Source: Octopus bimaculoides (Eukaryota). From it: 64,000 nt of DNA. The translations under genes and the position numbers were made by a program. The notes beneath the pieces are model-generated. The model was not told the origin of the DNA. It saw nothing but the letters and a program-made list of their open reading frames with translations, and ran no database searches. The stretch is taken from assembly GCF_001194135.2 (NCBI RefSeq), contig NC_068989.1:94314659-94378658 (forward strand), given 5' to 3'. This document shows, piece by piece, positions 52,028-63,659 of the stretch (the stretch's first letter is position 1; every line of letters starts with the position of its first letter).

Positions 52028-54560
52028 TTAAATGCGGGATAACATTAATTTGTAACAGCAAGAGCAGGTTGTCTTCGTTAGGTCCTCTTGATGTCTAATG
52101 AGATAATTTGTATCTTTGGTGAAAAATACCAACACGTAGTGATATATGGGATGAGGTATCAAGTAAGTTGGAGGAGACATGAATATTTTATCAAATACTA
52201 AATTATCCTTATTATGATGTGGCATGTCAACCATATTACCTTAATAGCATTATGAGTTAAAATTTCATAACAATGTCTACATCAATATAGAAGCGACTTT
52301 AAATATATTGATTGCATAATTCATACTGCATTATATTGGACTTTCAGTAATTTTATTCATTCAACATGAGAGCATTGAAACATTTGAACTGCATCATACA
52401 ATTGACATAGCATTATTAAGGCCGAAGTAGATAATTCTCTGAATCACAATCACATATGCATATTAAATGCAGTCCTAAGTTGCTTTAATGTGCAATACGT
52501 GGATATAGTTGTATCAGAAGGGGAATGATACAGAGGAAGCATGCCATGTCAAGAGAGCAAATTTGAAACTAGAGCGAAAATCAGAGGATGAAACATGTTG
52601 TAATCTTAGTTTATTTTAAATACGTTTTAGCCATTGAAGTTTGTTTGAAGGTAGAATATGAATCTGAGCTTTATTCTATCATTTCTGTGAATGTATGTCA
52701 ATAGTCTCAAGCAGGAGAGAGGTCGAAATTAGATACAACAATGGATTTATCAAATTTCCACGAAAACGCGATAAAAATAATCTTAAAAAAATAGACTAGA
52801 AAATCTATAAAAGACATCATTATAGTAAAAAGAATAGACGAGAGAGGAAAGGTGAAAGCAGTATTTTGTGTGGGACTGTTTAAAGGCGCCTTGTTAAATA
52901 TGGTTTAGAAATATGATGGGATACAATATAAATCACAAGAGAAGACAGAAAATGATAGTTTTTTGTAGTTGATTAGATATCGTTTCACTATAGAAAAGGG
53001 ATATAATAATTAACTTTTAGAAACACGACCCAATGCGAAATAGATTGGAGTGGAAACTTCAAAATTAAATTGAAGGTTTGTCTGTTGAAAGAGAGAGAGA
53101 GGGGAGAGAGAGAGAGAGAGAGTAAGAGCGAGGGGGTTAGAGATGGAGAGAGAGAGAGAGAGAGACTTAAGGGATGTTGTGATAAAAAAAAAACATGTTA
53201 GAAATAGCTCAATTAGAAAATAAATTCAGTATTTCATTAGCTTCTCTTAACAACATTTTCTTGGCATATAGTAAAAAACCCAAATAGTGTTTATACATGA
53301 AATACTTTCACGATGGGAGGTTCGAGATACGGATTTGCCATAAAGAATCTGGTTTGAACAATTCTAGAAATCTATATACATAATGGCCATGAAGATTGCT
53401 GAAAAAAGCAACAAAATAGGCCGAAAATAGGATTTCAAAGTGATTGATTTTACACCATATTAAAATAAGAGAGAAAGCATCAGTGTTTCGGTAAGTGGTC
53501 CATCGTTAATCAAGAGAGTGCTAATAATTAGACAACCAAATGAGAGAGATATCATTAAATGTTTTACAATGCACCAAGTATGTGGTAAATTGACCGAATT
53601 TATACTTTTTGTTCTCTCTTTTCCTCGTCTGTCACTTAGCATCAAATCTCTGTATCAGACGTCGCAGCTACATCTGTTTCTTCCTTGCAGTGTAAAATTA
53701 ATTATCTCGCTATTTTGAAATTTGGAGTTTCTTTCTTTTAATTCTAAGATGTCGTGATGTTGCAACATTAACATAGAAACCACCTCCAGATTACACTCGA
53801 TTACTAACATTTTATTACATAACAGTTATTTAATATAAAAAGGTATTATATAAAATTAATCATTTGTTACGATACTTGCTTGTCTATATGCGTGCATTAT
53901 TTTTAGAACGTTTTATATGTGCGCATTTGTGTGTGTGTGTGTGAGTATATGGATATATGTATGTATGAATGTATTCAAAGCGATGATTCAGATTTAGACT
54001 CCGATGTCATTACAGGGTATTAAATCACGGGGTAAAGACTGGCTATCAGAAGGATCAGTTTGAGCATATATGGAGGCAATTATAAGGATAAACAAATTAG
54101 ATATATTAAATATAATAGTTTGCGTATAAAATACGATATATGTATATATGTATACATGCAAGACGAGAGAAAGCAGAGGGGGTGTTTCAGACGATGAATG
54201 CTTAAGTATAAGTATATAGATACTTATATTAATACTTCCAATTTACATAAAGTACAAACGACACAGAAAATGAAAGTATGGGGAGGGGGAGGTGTTACAA
54301 GTCAAACAGCCGTTTCTGGGAGCACGGAGATCCATTATAATATTGGTAGATGCAGTTCCATCGCAATAAGCAGACGTAATTAAAGCAATCAACATTGGAT
54401 CAGTCATGCCTCCGTCGTCATGGTAGAACATTTGTTACATTTCAGAACCTGATGCAAAGAAGTTCAAAGATAGAATGGTTAAATATGGAGAGCTACCTTT
54501 TTTGGAGGGAGAAAGTAGAAGGGCCAAGAAGAATGACCAACCTTTTTTCTTCATCTTGTC
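52028..54560 (-). pseudogene. RAPGEF2: RAPGEF2/6-like decayed copy C (CNB1, CNB2, REM, RasGEF)
   Basis: QMFYHDDGG ~ EVLYYPDDIG and RNGCLTCNTSPS ~ RRGCECIVLEPS (54.2-54.45 kb); STLLINDG ~ GTIVLNDG (53.5 kb); YRFLELFK ~ TRFLEEFE; FRELSTSALI ~ FRNIEPTEYI; INIFKVAS..NFNS ~ IKHFIKIA..KNFNS; VDMPHHN...PP..LIP...KDTNYL ~ FDPSRN...PPIIP...KDLTFL. Confidence 0.7.
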
Positions 54561-55206
54561 TTGGAGATGTGTTTTGCAACGCTGGTTGCTATTTTTAGAA
54601 ATAGTGTGGTAAGTTGGTTGGGAGCTGTCACATGATCTGATTTCCAATAGTTTGTAATATATATATATATATAAGATCAGGTGGCGTATTTCCGGAAAAG
54701 CACTCGATCCGAAAACTAGTCTACAAACACTGTCCGGTTCCAAGCCTCACCCGTATTTTTTCAGCTGTAGAAAATCCATGTCTCACGATGGCTTTACCAT
54801 CACAGTTCCTTTTAACCAAGATCCAAATCATTTCATCAACTGTGTCCTAATTATGAAATACCTTTTACCAAAAGCTGTGTTTGTTGTTTTATTATTGTCG
54901 AAGCATACGAATACTCACAGCTGTTGTAGATTGATGAGTTTCTCAAATATTCCTCGGGAGATATTTTTACACATAAAATCCGTAAAGTGTTTGAGGAATT
55001 TCTCACCTATATAAACAGTGAATAACAGATTTACTGATATGAATTGTTATTACAATAATTGTTCATTATCTGTTATAATTTTTAGGAATTTGAATTTTTG
55101 AAATTGGCTTTGGAAGAATTGAATGGAAATGTTGAAAGTGGGAATATTCTAAGAAATTGAGTCTAACACCAAGTCGTAGTACTGAATGTATGAACACACA
55201 CACACA

Positions 55207-55241
<35 letters not shown>

Positions 55242-55289
55242 ACACAAACATACACACACACATACACACACTCACCACCACTACCCCAT

Positions 55290-55575
55290 ACATGGATATG
55301 TATTGGCCGACGCTTACGATGAGGCGTGTTCCAGTTGATTCGATCAACGGAACAGCCAGCTCATTGCAATTAACGTGCAAGTGACGTAGGTCTCTGGGAG
55401 ATTCAACGTCAGATACCAAATGTGAAAATGCTGGTTCTCTGAATTACAATTCATTTCTGCCAGCTAAGTGAACCGAAGCAACATGAAATAGAATGTCTTC
55501 CCCAAGGACACAACGCCATGATGGAAATCAATCGTACAGCCTAATGACTGTGACTCGAATACCACTGAGCTACAT
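55290..55575 (-). mobile_element. tRNA-derived SINE, family 3
   Basis: Minus strand tgtagctcagtggtattcgag (A-box-like) ... gcgttgtgtccttgggaagacatt ... ggctgttccgttgatcgaatcaactggaacac, ending in (TG)n. Confidence 0.7.
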
Positions 55576-57124
55576 AGATATGCCATGAAGGTTATATTCT
55601 GAGAAATGAACGGCCTATGAACTTACAGGCATAATACCCAAAGCACAAGTAACACAATAGTAAAACCAGCCAAGATAAAAACGAGATCAAGGTATTACAT
55701 TTTATACTGTATCGAATGAGAGTATATCAATGATTCGTACAGTGCTTCATGGTAAATCAAGAGAATTCGAAAAGCAAGAGTAGCAAAAACGTGGACTAAA
55801 TATTCTACAATGGAAAAAGTATGAGGAAAATCGACCGTAAATACAGTTTTACTTCTCTTACTGTCGCCTGTCTGTCGTTATGCATACGATACGATGTGCA
55901 TAAGATCTCAAACACCGCTCTCAAATTTAGCCACTCCATCTCCATATCTCACTCTGTCAGTTTGTCACCTTGTCTCTCTATCTCTCTAAATCTATATACA
56001 TATATATGCATACACACACATACATATACGTTTATATACACATACACAGAGAGAAAGTTAGTGAGAGTAAGATGATGATGTGTGTACGTATGTGATTGTG
56101 TTACCTATATGAAATACCACCCTTAGTTTACTTCCGCTAGGCCAGTTAGCTCTGCGCTAACATGTATAGACTTTGCATATGAAATGCAATATAAAGCAGA
56201 TGTCATGCTGGCCATTAGAGTAAAATATATGTATGTATGTATCTCTATATAAAGATCAATTTGTTCTAAAGTAGGTGCATATGCAAATTGTTTAATCTAA
56301 TGATTATCTGAGGTAACTGGCTTTACCTTATTCAAAGTTATCAAAATAGAATTCCAATCTGTCAATCTAACATATTTGTGATGGAAATTTCCTCTAAACC
56401 GGTGAAAATGCAAAATAGGAAATTAAATTCCTCCTTTACAAAACTGTATGCATAAAATTTATATTGGATTAATTAAACATTTGACTTAAGATAAATTGGT
56501 GCTGACATTTTAAACTTAAGGTAGCACATTCATTACAGTGTTATAAATATGTATAAAACTCTGCCGAACTATGCAAACCTACGTATGTTCGCTAACATAT
56601 AATCTCATTTTTTAATATTATCGAAATATCAATACAAAAAGTCGAAGCGAAATATTTGCTGTTTATATTAATATTTGAATGGCGGTTCTAAAAATAAATT
56701 CAGATTTGCTATGATTCCTATATATTTGACAGCATTTGAATACTTAGTTTCCAGTTTAAAAGAGTATTTTGTTGGAAGAATTGAGCATATTTTTGGTCAC
56801 ATTTTACTTATTTAGTTGTTTCATTCATGAGGAATTGGGCAATATCAAATCGCCAACCTTTAGAGTTAATCAACTGTGATATTTGTTTTAACTATGCCAC
56901 TAAAATAAATGACATCGGCTTTCAAGTAATTTGGAGCGAAACACAAAAAGAAACGTATACACCCGTATGAATATATTCTTTTTACTTCTTTACACAGTTC
57001 ATTATATACATACATACATACATACATACATACATACATACATACATAAATAATCGGAAGGTTAATCCCGAGGACAAAGAAATAAAAACCCACAATATGG
57101 TAGAAGCCATAGCCACTCATAATA

Positions 57125-57440
57125 AAAAGGAATACTGGTGGAATGTCCCAGTGAAGACCTCAGTAAAATGTAAGCTCAGCAGACCTGATATAATGGTTTG
57201 GTATTGAGAAGAGAAACTGTGGAGAGTTGTGGAAATTAGCTGCCCAGCAGATGTTAACATAAAGCTGAAGATCAGTGAAAAAGAGAACACCTATGTTGAA
57301 CTATTGAGAAACCGGAAGATACTCTATGAAGATTACAAGTTCTGGTTTATACCTGTAATTATTGGGGCCCTGAGGTATGTAACACACTGCTTAAATAACA
57401 ATCTTGAGAAATTAGGCTTCTCAAAACCAGAAAGGTAGCT
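57125..57440 (+). mobile_element. R4/Dong-type restriction-like endonuclease (PD..D/ExK) 3' fragment
   Basis: EYWWNVPV...RPDIMVW...VVEISCPADVNIKLKISEKENTY...FIPVIIGALRYV...LEKLG. Confidence 0.85.
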
Positions 57441-57559
57441 TGTTAGGGCGAAAAACATCACTTAAGCACAGGTGAAACAAATGACTCCATAAGAATTTGC
57501 TTGCAAATCTCACTTACACAGAGGAACAGAGCACATCAAAATCAACAGCAGAAGAAAGT

Positions 57560-58166
57560 GGCGCCAGGATTCACGTTTATGAGAAGAGCTAGTGAGGATA
57601 TGTAGAAGATCAAGAATTCTATTACATGAGAATTAATCATGGGATATAAAGGTAGACATGAGGGAAAGCTTACAGTTTCTACATGTCCTTTCACATCGTC
57701 CTGAGGCGAGATTTAGTTCTGCTGTATAAACAGGCAAATAAATCATTCGTAATCGAAAAGTAGATGAAAAGAAAGATGCAGTGAGGCTTTGAAATGTGCG
57801 AAATACAAGACCTTTATGCATGATTTCAGGATGAATTGGTGACAGAAACGGTTATATCGTGTCGTAGTCGGCTGTAGGGATTCTCTGCTAGTGTTCTATG
57901 AAGAATGTCTGCAACTATTGGAATAAGAGAAGAAAAACAGAACTTCAACTTTATGCTAGATTAGAAGGGGAGCAGAAAGAACCTCTTGCTGGTCATGGGG
58001 GGCAAAGAGGAGATAAGCTGGAAGCCAAGAGATGAGAGACAGTGATTTAGCAACCACTGCTAACCCACCAACGTGAGGGTGTTACTGTTCAGGATCGAAA
58101 CACCCAATTATCTTTGGATACTGCCAGATGACATCAGTTCATAGAGCATATTTTAGACGTAATCAG

Positions 58167-58250
<84 letters not shown>

Positions 58251-58536
58251 CTCTCTCTCTCTCCCTCTTTTTCTCACTCTCTAAGTTCATGTGTTTGTTT
58301 GTGGACGCATGCATGTATATCCATAGATGGCACTCGTATGATTGTGAAAATGTACCATTGCTTTTGTTAAGTGCATTTCGATGCTTCTGTACTTGTGAGC
58401 TGATACAAACAGCCCCGCAAAGTGTCATAGACACATTGCTTTGCCCGACACACGAATCGTTCCGACGAGCATATGTTTGTGAGTCAAACAATCTCACCAC
58501 AATGTCGCAGAAGTAAACCAATTTTGCTGGTTTCAT
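57560..58536 (-). pseudogene. RAPGEF2/6-like fragment L (second CNB domain)
   Basis: CDIVVRLFDSQTYARRNDS ~ RDIVRDCLEKDPMDRTDDD; NVSMTLCGAVC ~ NMTMSVRRELC; LSPIHPEIMHKGLVFRT ~ VSPTMDKEYMKGVMRT. Interrupted by a (CT)n/(CA)n array. Confidence 0.5.
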
Positions 58537-58699
58537 AAATGCGTTAAAGTAACATACCTAAATGATTTGGATGATATTATTTCATAGTTTGTATTAGATT
58601 TCGCAGTTTCCAATATATACAACTTAAATAACCAGCTGTTAGCATTTCTACTAGAATTTGTCATAAACCTCGTGCAATAGCATGTTATGGACTGTGGAA

Positions 58700-61125
58700 T
58701 GTTGTACGCTACGTCTCATATAGCATTGACATTCCTTGTTCAGTTAAGATATATGTAGTTCCTCACAGTGATGCATGCAATATTGACCTGTGATTTCCAG
58801 TAACATGAGAAATTAAGTACTACAAGAATGCAGCACTTTCCTACAGTGATTTATAAAGGCTGTGTGATTTTAATGAACATATTTCAGCATAAAAGTAATA
58901 ACAATCTCGAATTGCCTTGCCATATATACGTCGGCATGGTATCAGCAATGGCAACAGTATTGTAGAATTACACTGTAATGAGATATGATGTTTCCAATTA
59001 GGAAGATGCAGAATCATAACGTAATTATGTTGTTGTGGATTACAGGAAAACAGGAAGAAACGAAACAATCAAAATGGCAATATGTATTTGGAATAATCAC
59101 TAATATGCAAAGTAAACGAGATTTGTGTTTCACTCATAAATCTTACATAACAAATAAAGGTATACATCAACGTGCGCATGCGTACCTATATCTTGGTTAA
59201 GGATTGACAGCTTAAAATGATTTCATTGATTGGGTTTCGAGATTCTGTGGTTTATTTCTTGTCTAAGCAGCTCGACATGATTAGGTAGATCCCGAATGAA
59301 CAGTTTCGGGCGTGTGTTTCGATAACAAATCATTTGACACAAAGTTTGGGTTCTATTATTTTTATTTTACTCTCTTTGTAAATATTTGTCAGATGTCAAA
59401 TGAATTTGACTTTCTCGAGTTAAGAGTGAATTTTGATGCTTATCAACTGATTGATCTTCCCATTACATTTAGGTAGATAGCAGTATGGTACAAATACCAT
59501 GGTGCAATGAATGCTCATTAGTACCGCTCCTTTCATGCTCTCTTAGAAATTACAATGAAAAAAAATCTCTCCGCAAATACATATATTAATTCCATGGAAA
59601 TGTAAATGCATGTATCACTGGCTATAAACCCTGGTGATTCTAAAATAAATATGGGATTGGCTTGCAGTTGCTCATTTTAGCTGAGTTGGTCGTTACCTAC
59701 ATAGGGACAATTACAGCGCTTTCGCTTTTGATGCTGGATGAAACAGCAAGTGCGTAGTATGATGTATTATAATATTATGTCAAGAACATTTTGTTTAGTG
59801 CCCCGGTTTTACACAAGAACACACAGGAACGTGGTTTCACACAACAATCTTCCTTGGAAAGCGGCTTTCAATTTTGATATTTTCTTTCTTCTCTAGATTA
59901 TTTTCTCTTGTGTAAATTTATCATTGCTTTCACTTTCTTGGCTACATTCAATTTGTCTATCCATTTTCTATCCGTTTCTCCAGCTTTTTCACTGAATGCT
60001 TTCTCAGCCATCTTCAGCTGACCAAACTCGTTCATTAATATATTTTTCCTGCAGTTGTGCAATGGCGTGACATTGGATCTAAAGTTGCTATTATTTATGT
60101 ACTCTTCTCGTGCATAGGAGTCTATTAAGTTTTCTATCTTCAATTTGTTTATGTTAAATATATTTCGTTAAACGTTGAGGACGTCTGAGAAAGTTATTTT
60201 ACTTGTCCTCTGGGCTATTTTTGCCGATGTATTTAAATTTAACCACTCGTGTTATTGAAACATGCTAGGTAGCATAAGAATCAGTTCAATGGATATTAGT
60301 AATATACTTGCATCATCTTTTGAAACCGGTTCTTTCTCTATTGGTAAGAAATCTTGAAATAAACTGAATAATGACATGCATACATCATCTCGATGTAAAA
60401 ATGTTTCCTGTTTTTGGTTTTCTTTTAATGATGACTATCTCTGTAACACTATGTAACACGGGTTTCAGCCGTTAAGCACTTTTTATACCCGTTCATAGCA
60501 TTAACAATACAGGCTTTAACACCAATATAATTTATATTCGTTAATAACATGCTGTTATTTCTCTGTTTTTCCCGTCAATATAATTGTTTTGTCACTGTAC
60601 GCTTCTGATACTAATGACGATATACCTTTCTGCTCATAACTCAGCGAGTCTAAAAATCTGTTTATTTATATTTGGTTACCTTACGTTACATTCTGCTTTG
60701 AAATCCCGCCCAGGTCAATTTTCATCTTTCTGCAGTCGCTTAGGAGTTCGATTTCCACGACTATAGCAATTTCCCCACAAAAGCTGCAACCCTGATCCAA
60801 TGTCAGCATTTTTTATATTAACATTACACTTAAAACTTTTATTGAATTTATAATAGTTTTTATATTTCTCATTGTAATATTGAACATTGATCTATTCGAA
60901 ATTATTGCTGCATGATCCACTGTTTTGGATACTCCGGCGGTCAATCATGTCTCTATCATCTTGAAAGATTTTCACCTGGTCAACATTTGACAGCTTATGT
61001 TTCGTTGCAATACCACATAAATACATTTTCTTACTACCAAACATGAAATAACCCTTATCAGTTTCCAACGTAATGAAAGCTAAAATTTGATCCATATCAG
61101 CATCCGTTCTACGTTCCGGATACAT
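58700..61125 (-). pseudogene. RAPGEF2: RAPGEF2/6-like decayed copy B, the most complete (CNB, REM, PDZ, RasGEF), intronless
   Basis: PERRTDADMDQILAFI ~ PMDRTDDDIEQLLEFM; DRDMIDRRSIQNSGSC ~ DGEELDSWSVILNGSV; TIILTGKTEK*QHVINE ~ HIVIKGTSERLTMHLVEE; WLNLNTSAKIAQR ~ LLNIACAAKAKRR; SLLTRESQIHL (59398-59428) ~ ELLRESQISL; YRNTRPKLFIRDL (59287-59325) ~ FRNIEPTEYIDDL ungapped; LLIPCRR ~ LFDPSRN. Multiple stops and frameshifts. Confidence 0.8.
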
Positions 61126-61944
61126 GACACTTTGCCACCTGCATTATTATGACAAAAATAGGTAGAGATACATACATGGAAGGCGGAGCTGTAAAAGACA
61201 AATATACCTCTGATGAGATCTGAACTTAGAATGTTGAGAAATATATGTACAATCTCACAGCTCAGTGCTGTCATTCAGTAATAACAATGTATGACATAAA
61301 ACATATTATTGAAGAATCTAGAGAGAAACCTACCATGTATGGAATTCAGTAAATAGCCTATTTTTTCTGTTCATATTCTGCTAAACATTTCGATAAAAAC
61401 AAGGAAGAACGTGCATGATTTATAATTACAAAAATCTCATATATAGGAGTTATAGAAGGGTTTTGGTCAGAATAGAAGATTTTCTTTACAATCACGTGTG
61501 TATTCTCATTCGCTCTTACGTGCAGCCTGATAAAAATATATAAACCACAATTGAACATCATGTTGGTACGATGTCGATATTGATGACTAGAAAATAGTGT
61601 TCAGGAAAAAGAAAAAATTGCGAACAATGGCTTCGTGAAGGTAATCATACAGGAAGTAAATTTTCCTCTAGAATAAAGCTATCTGAAATTGTTTTTCGTT
61701 TCTGCCAGTAAAAATGATATCAATGTTATTACTGAACACATTGTACTAGTATTTATTGACAACAAAATATATTTCCTCTCCTTTTTCATCAAGTATGAGA
61801 AAAATGACGTGTGTTTGAGGTTAACTTTTCCTACATAAAAAAATGATGATGCATTTTTATGACACAATAAAACAAAAAATATGGACACTATATATATGTG
61901 CGTGTGAGTGTGCATGCGTGTATGTGTGCGTATACATACACACA

Positions 61945-62005
<61 letters not shown>

Positions 62006-62235
62006 NNNNNNNNNNNNNNNNNNNNNNNNNNNNNNNNNNNNNNNNNNNNNNNNNNNNNNNNNNNNNNNNNNNNNNNNNNNNNNNNNNNNNNNNNNNNNNN
62101 NNNNNNNNNNNNNNNNNNNNNNNNNNNNNNNNNNNNNNNNNNNNNNNNNNNNNNNNNNNNNNNNNNNNNNNNNNNNNNNNNNNNNNNNNNNNNNNNNNNN
62201 NNNNNNNNNNNNNNNNNNNNNNNNNNNNNNNNNTA

Positions 62236-62410
62236 TATATTCTTTTATTCTTTTACTTGTTTCAGTCATTTGACTGCAGCCATGCTGGAGGACCACCTTT
62301 AGCCGAACAAATCGACTCCAGGACTTATTCTTTGTAATCCCAGTACTTATTATATCGGTCTTTTATTACCGAAGCGTTAAGTTACGGGAACGTAAACACA
62401 CCAACATCGG
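62236..62410 (-). mobile_element. SINE family 2, 3' half
   Basis: tcttttacttgtttcagtcatttgactgcagccatgctggagg...ttaagttacgggaacgtaaacacacc is the reverse complement of the family 2 tail. Confidence 0.8.
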
Positions 62411-62704
62411 GCACTTGATACAAGCCACAACAAGGATGCTACTGTTAGTGTTATTAGTAATTTGTTCCAACTTACCTGAAATGAAACGCTCATGGGTAAG
62501 TTGGTAGATCATTTGCCATCATCCATCTGTCCTTGTTTAGATCAGAGCCTTTCTTGAAATACTATGTACAATGGCGAAAATTACAATTGACTGAAGGGCC
62601 TTAGACAAATAAAACTCATTCCGCAAAAAGAAATAAAGCCTTTCATGCTTTTGCGTAATAAATATTAAAACACGAAATGGATTGATTAAAAAAATTATAT
62701 ATAA

Positions 62705-62795
62705 CTAGCAGAAATACCCGGCGTTGCCCGGGTTAAAGAGAATAATGAAATCTGAAAACGCCGTCTAGACTACGCATCATCTTTATATATAGAGA
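62705..62795 (-). mobile_element. 91-bp non-autonomous mini-Helitron
   Basis: Minus strand A|TCTCTATATATAAAGATG ... ACCCGG-gcaacg-CCGGGT hairpin (62716-62733) ... CTAG|T: 5' TC, 3' CTAG, subterminal hairpin and A|T target. Confidence 0.8.
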
Positions 62796-63659
62796 TGTAT
62801 ATACACACACGCACCCAAACACACGTATATATATGTATATCAATATAAATATATGAAAGTCAATGAAGTTTCGTAAAAGAAGGTGATCACGTACATACAT
62901 TCTTGCTATTGTGATTATAACACCTCATTGTAAACTATGTTCCTTGTTTTCCCTTGTGGAGCATATACAAATAGTTTTTTTGTTGCTGCCCACTCTTGAG
63001 CAGCCAACATACAGTTGTCCATGTGAGAAACAGGGCTCTTCCAAGAGAAGACCAGCTACAGACAGTGNNNNNNNNNNNNNNNNNNNNNNNNNNNNNNNNN
63101 NNNNNNNNNNNNNNNNNNNNNNNNNNNNNNNNNNNNNNNNNNNNNNNNNNNNNNNNNNNNNNNNNNNNNNNNNNNNNNNNNNNNNNNNNNNNNNNNNNNN
63201 NNNNNNNNNNNNNNNNNNNNNNNNNNNNNNNNNNNNNNNNNNNNNNNNNNNNNNNNNNNNNNNNNNNNNNNNNNNNNNNNNNNNNNNNNNNNNNNNNNNN
63301 NNNNNNNNNNNNNNNNNNNNNNNNNNNNNNNNNNNNNNNNNNNNNNNNNNNNNNNNNNNNNNNNNNNNNNNNNNNNNNNNNNNNNNNNNNNNNNNNNNNN
63401 NNNNNNNNNNNNNNNNNNNNNNNNNNNNNNNNNNNNNNNNNNNNNNNNNNNNNNNNNNNNNNNNNNNNNNNNNNNNNNNNNNNNNNNNNNNNNNNNNNNN
63501 NNNNNNNNNNNNNNNNNNNNNNNNNNNNNNNNNNNNNNNNNNNNNNNNNNNNNNNNNNNNNNNNNNNNNNNNNNNNNNNNNNNNNNNNNNNNNNNNNNNN
63601 NNNNNNNNNNNNNNNNCATCTCTCTCTCTCTCTTTCTGTCTCTCTCTCTCTCTCTTTCT

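Larger units (their letters stand above)
1882..63615. other. 14 assembly gaps (N runs), almost all flanked by microsatellites
   Basis: N runs start at about 1882, 7427, 13051, 17101, 18670, 22971, 31752, 34212, 38144, 42195, 45260, 46492, 62006 and 63068. Confidence 0.98.

Noticed and set aside
56240-56260. Possible Helitron 5' end (atctctatataaagat)
   Set aside because: Only about 16 AT-rich bases match, and no hairpin plus CTAG 3' end was found downstream.
59898-60143. NILMNEFGQLKMAE as a kinase subdomain, or RKWIDKLN as a PH-domain helix
   Set aside because: No HRD/DFG spacing or other PH elements; context fits the PDZ and following linker of RAPGEF copy B better.
60690-61125. Cyclic-nucleotide-gated channel or Epac as the parent of the CNB-like sequence
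   Set aside because: Downstream REM, PDZ and RESQI/FRNIEP-type RasGEF motifs point to PDZ-GEF. Part of 60690-60740 also resembles a SINE family 1 fragment, so it was not used as evidence.
29115-61125. One large multi-exon RAPGEF gene joining the 60-kb and 29-kb segments
   Set aside because: Both segments contain their own REM, PDZ and RasGEF motifs, so they are separate copies.
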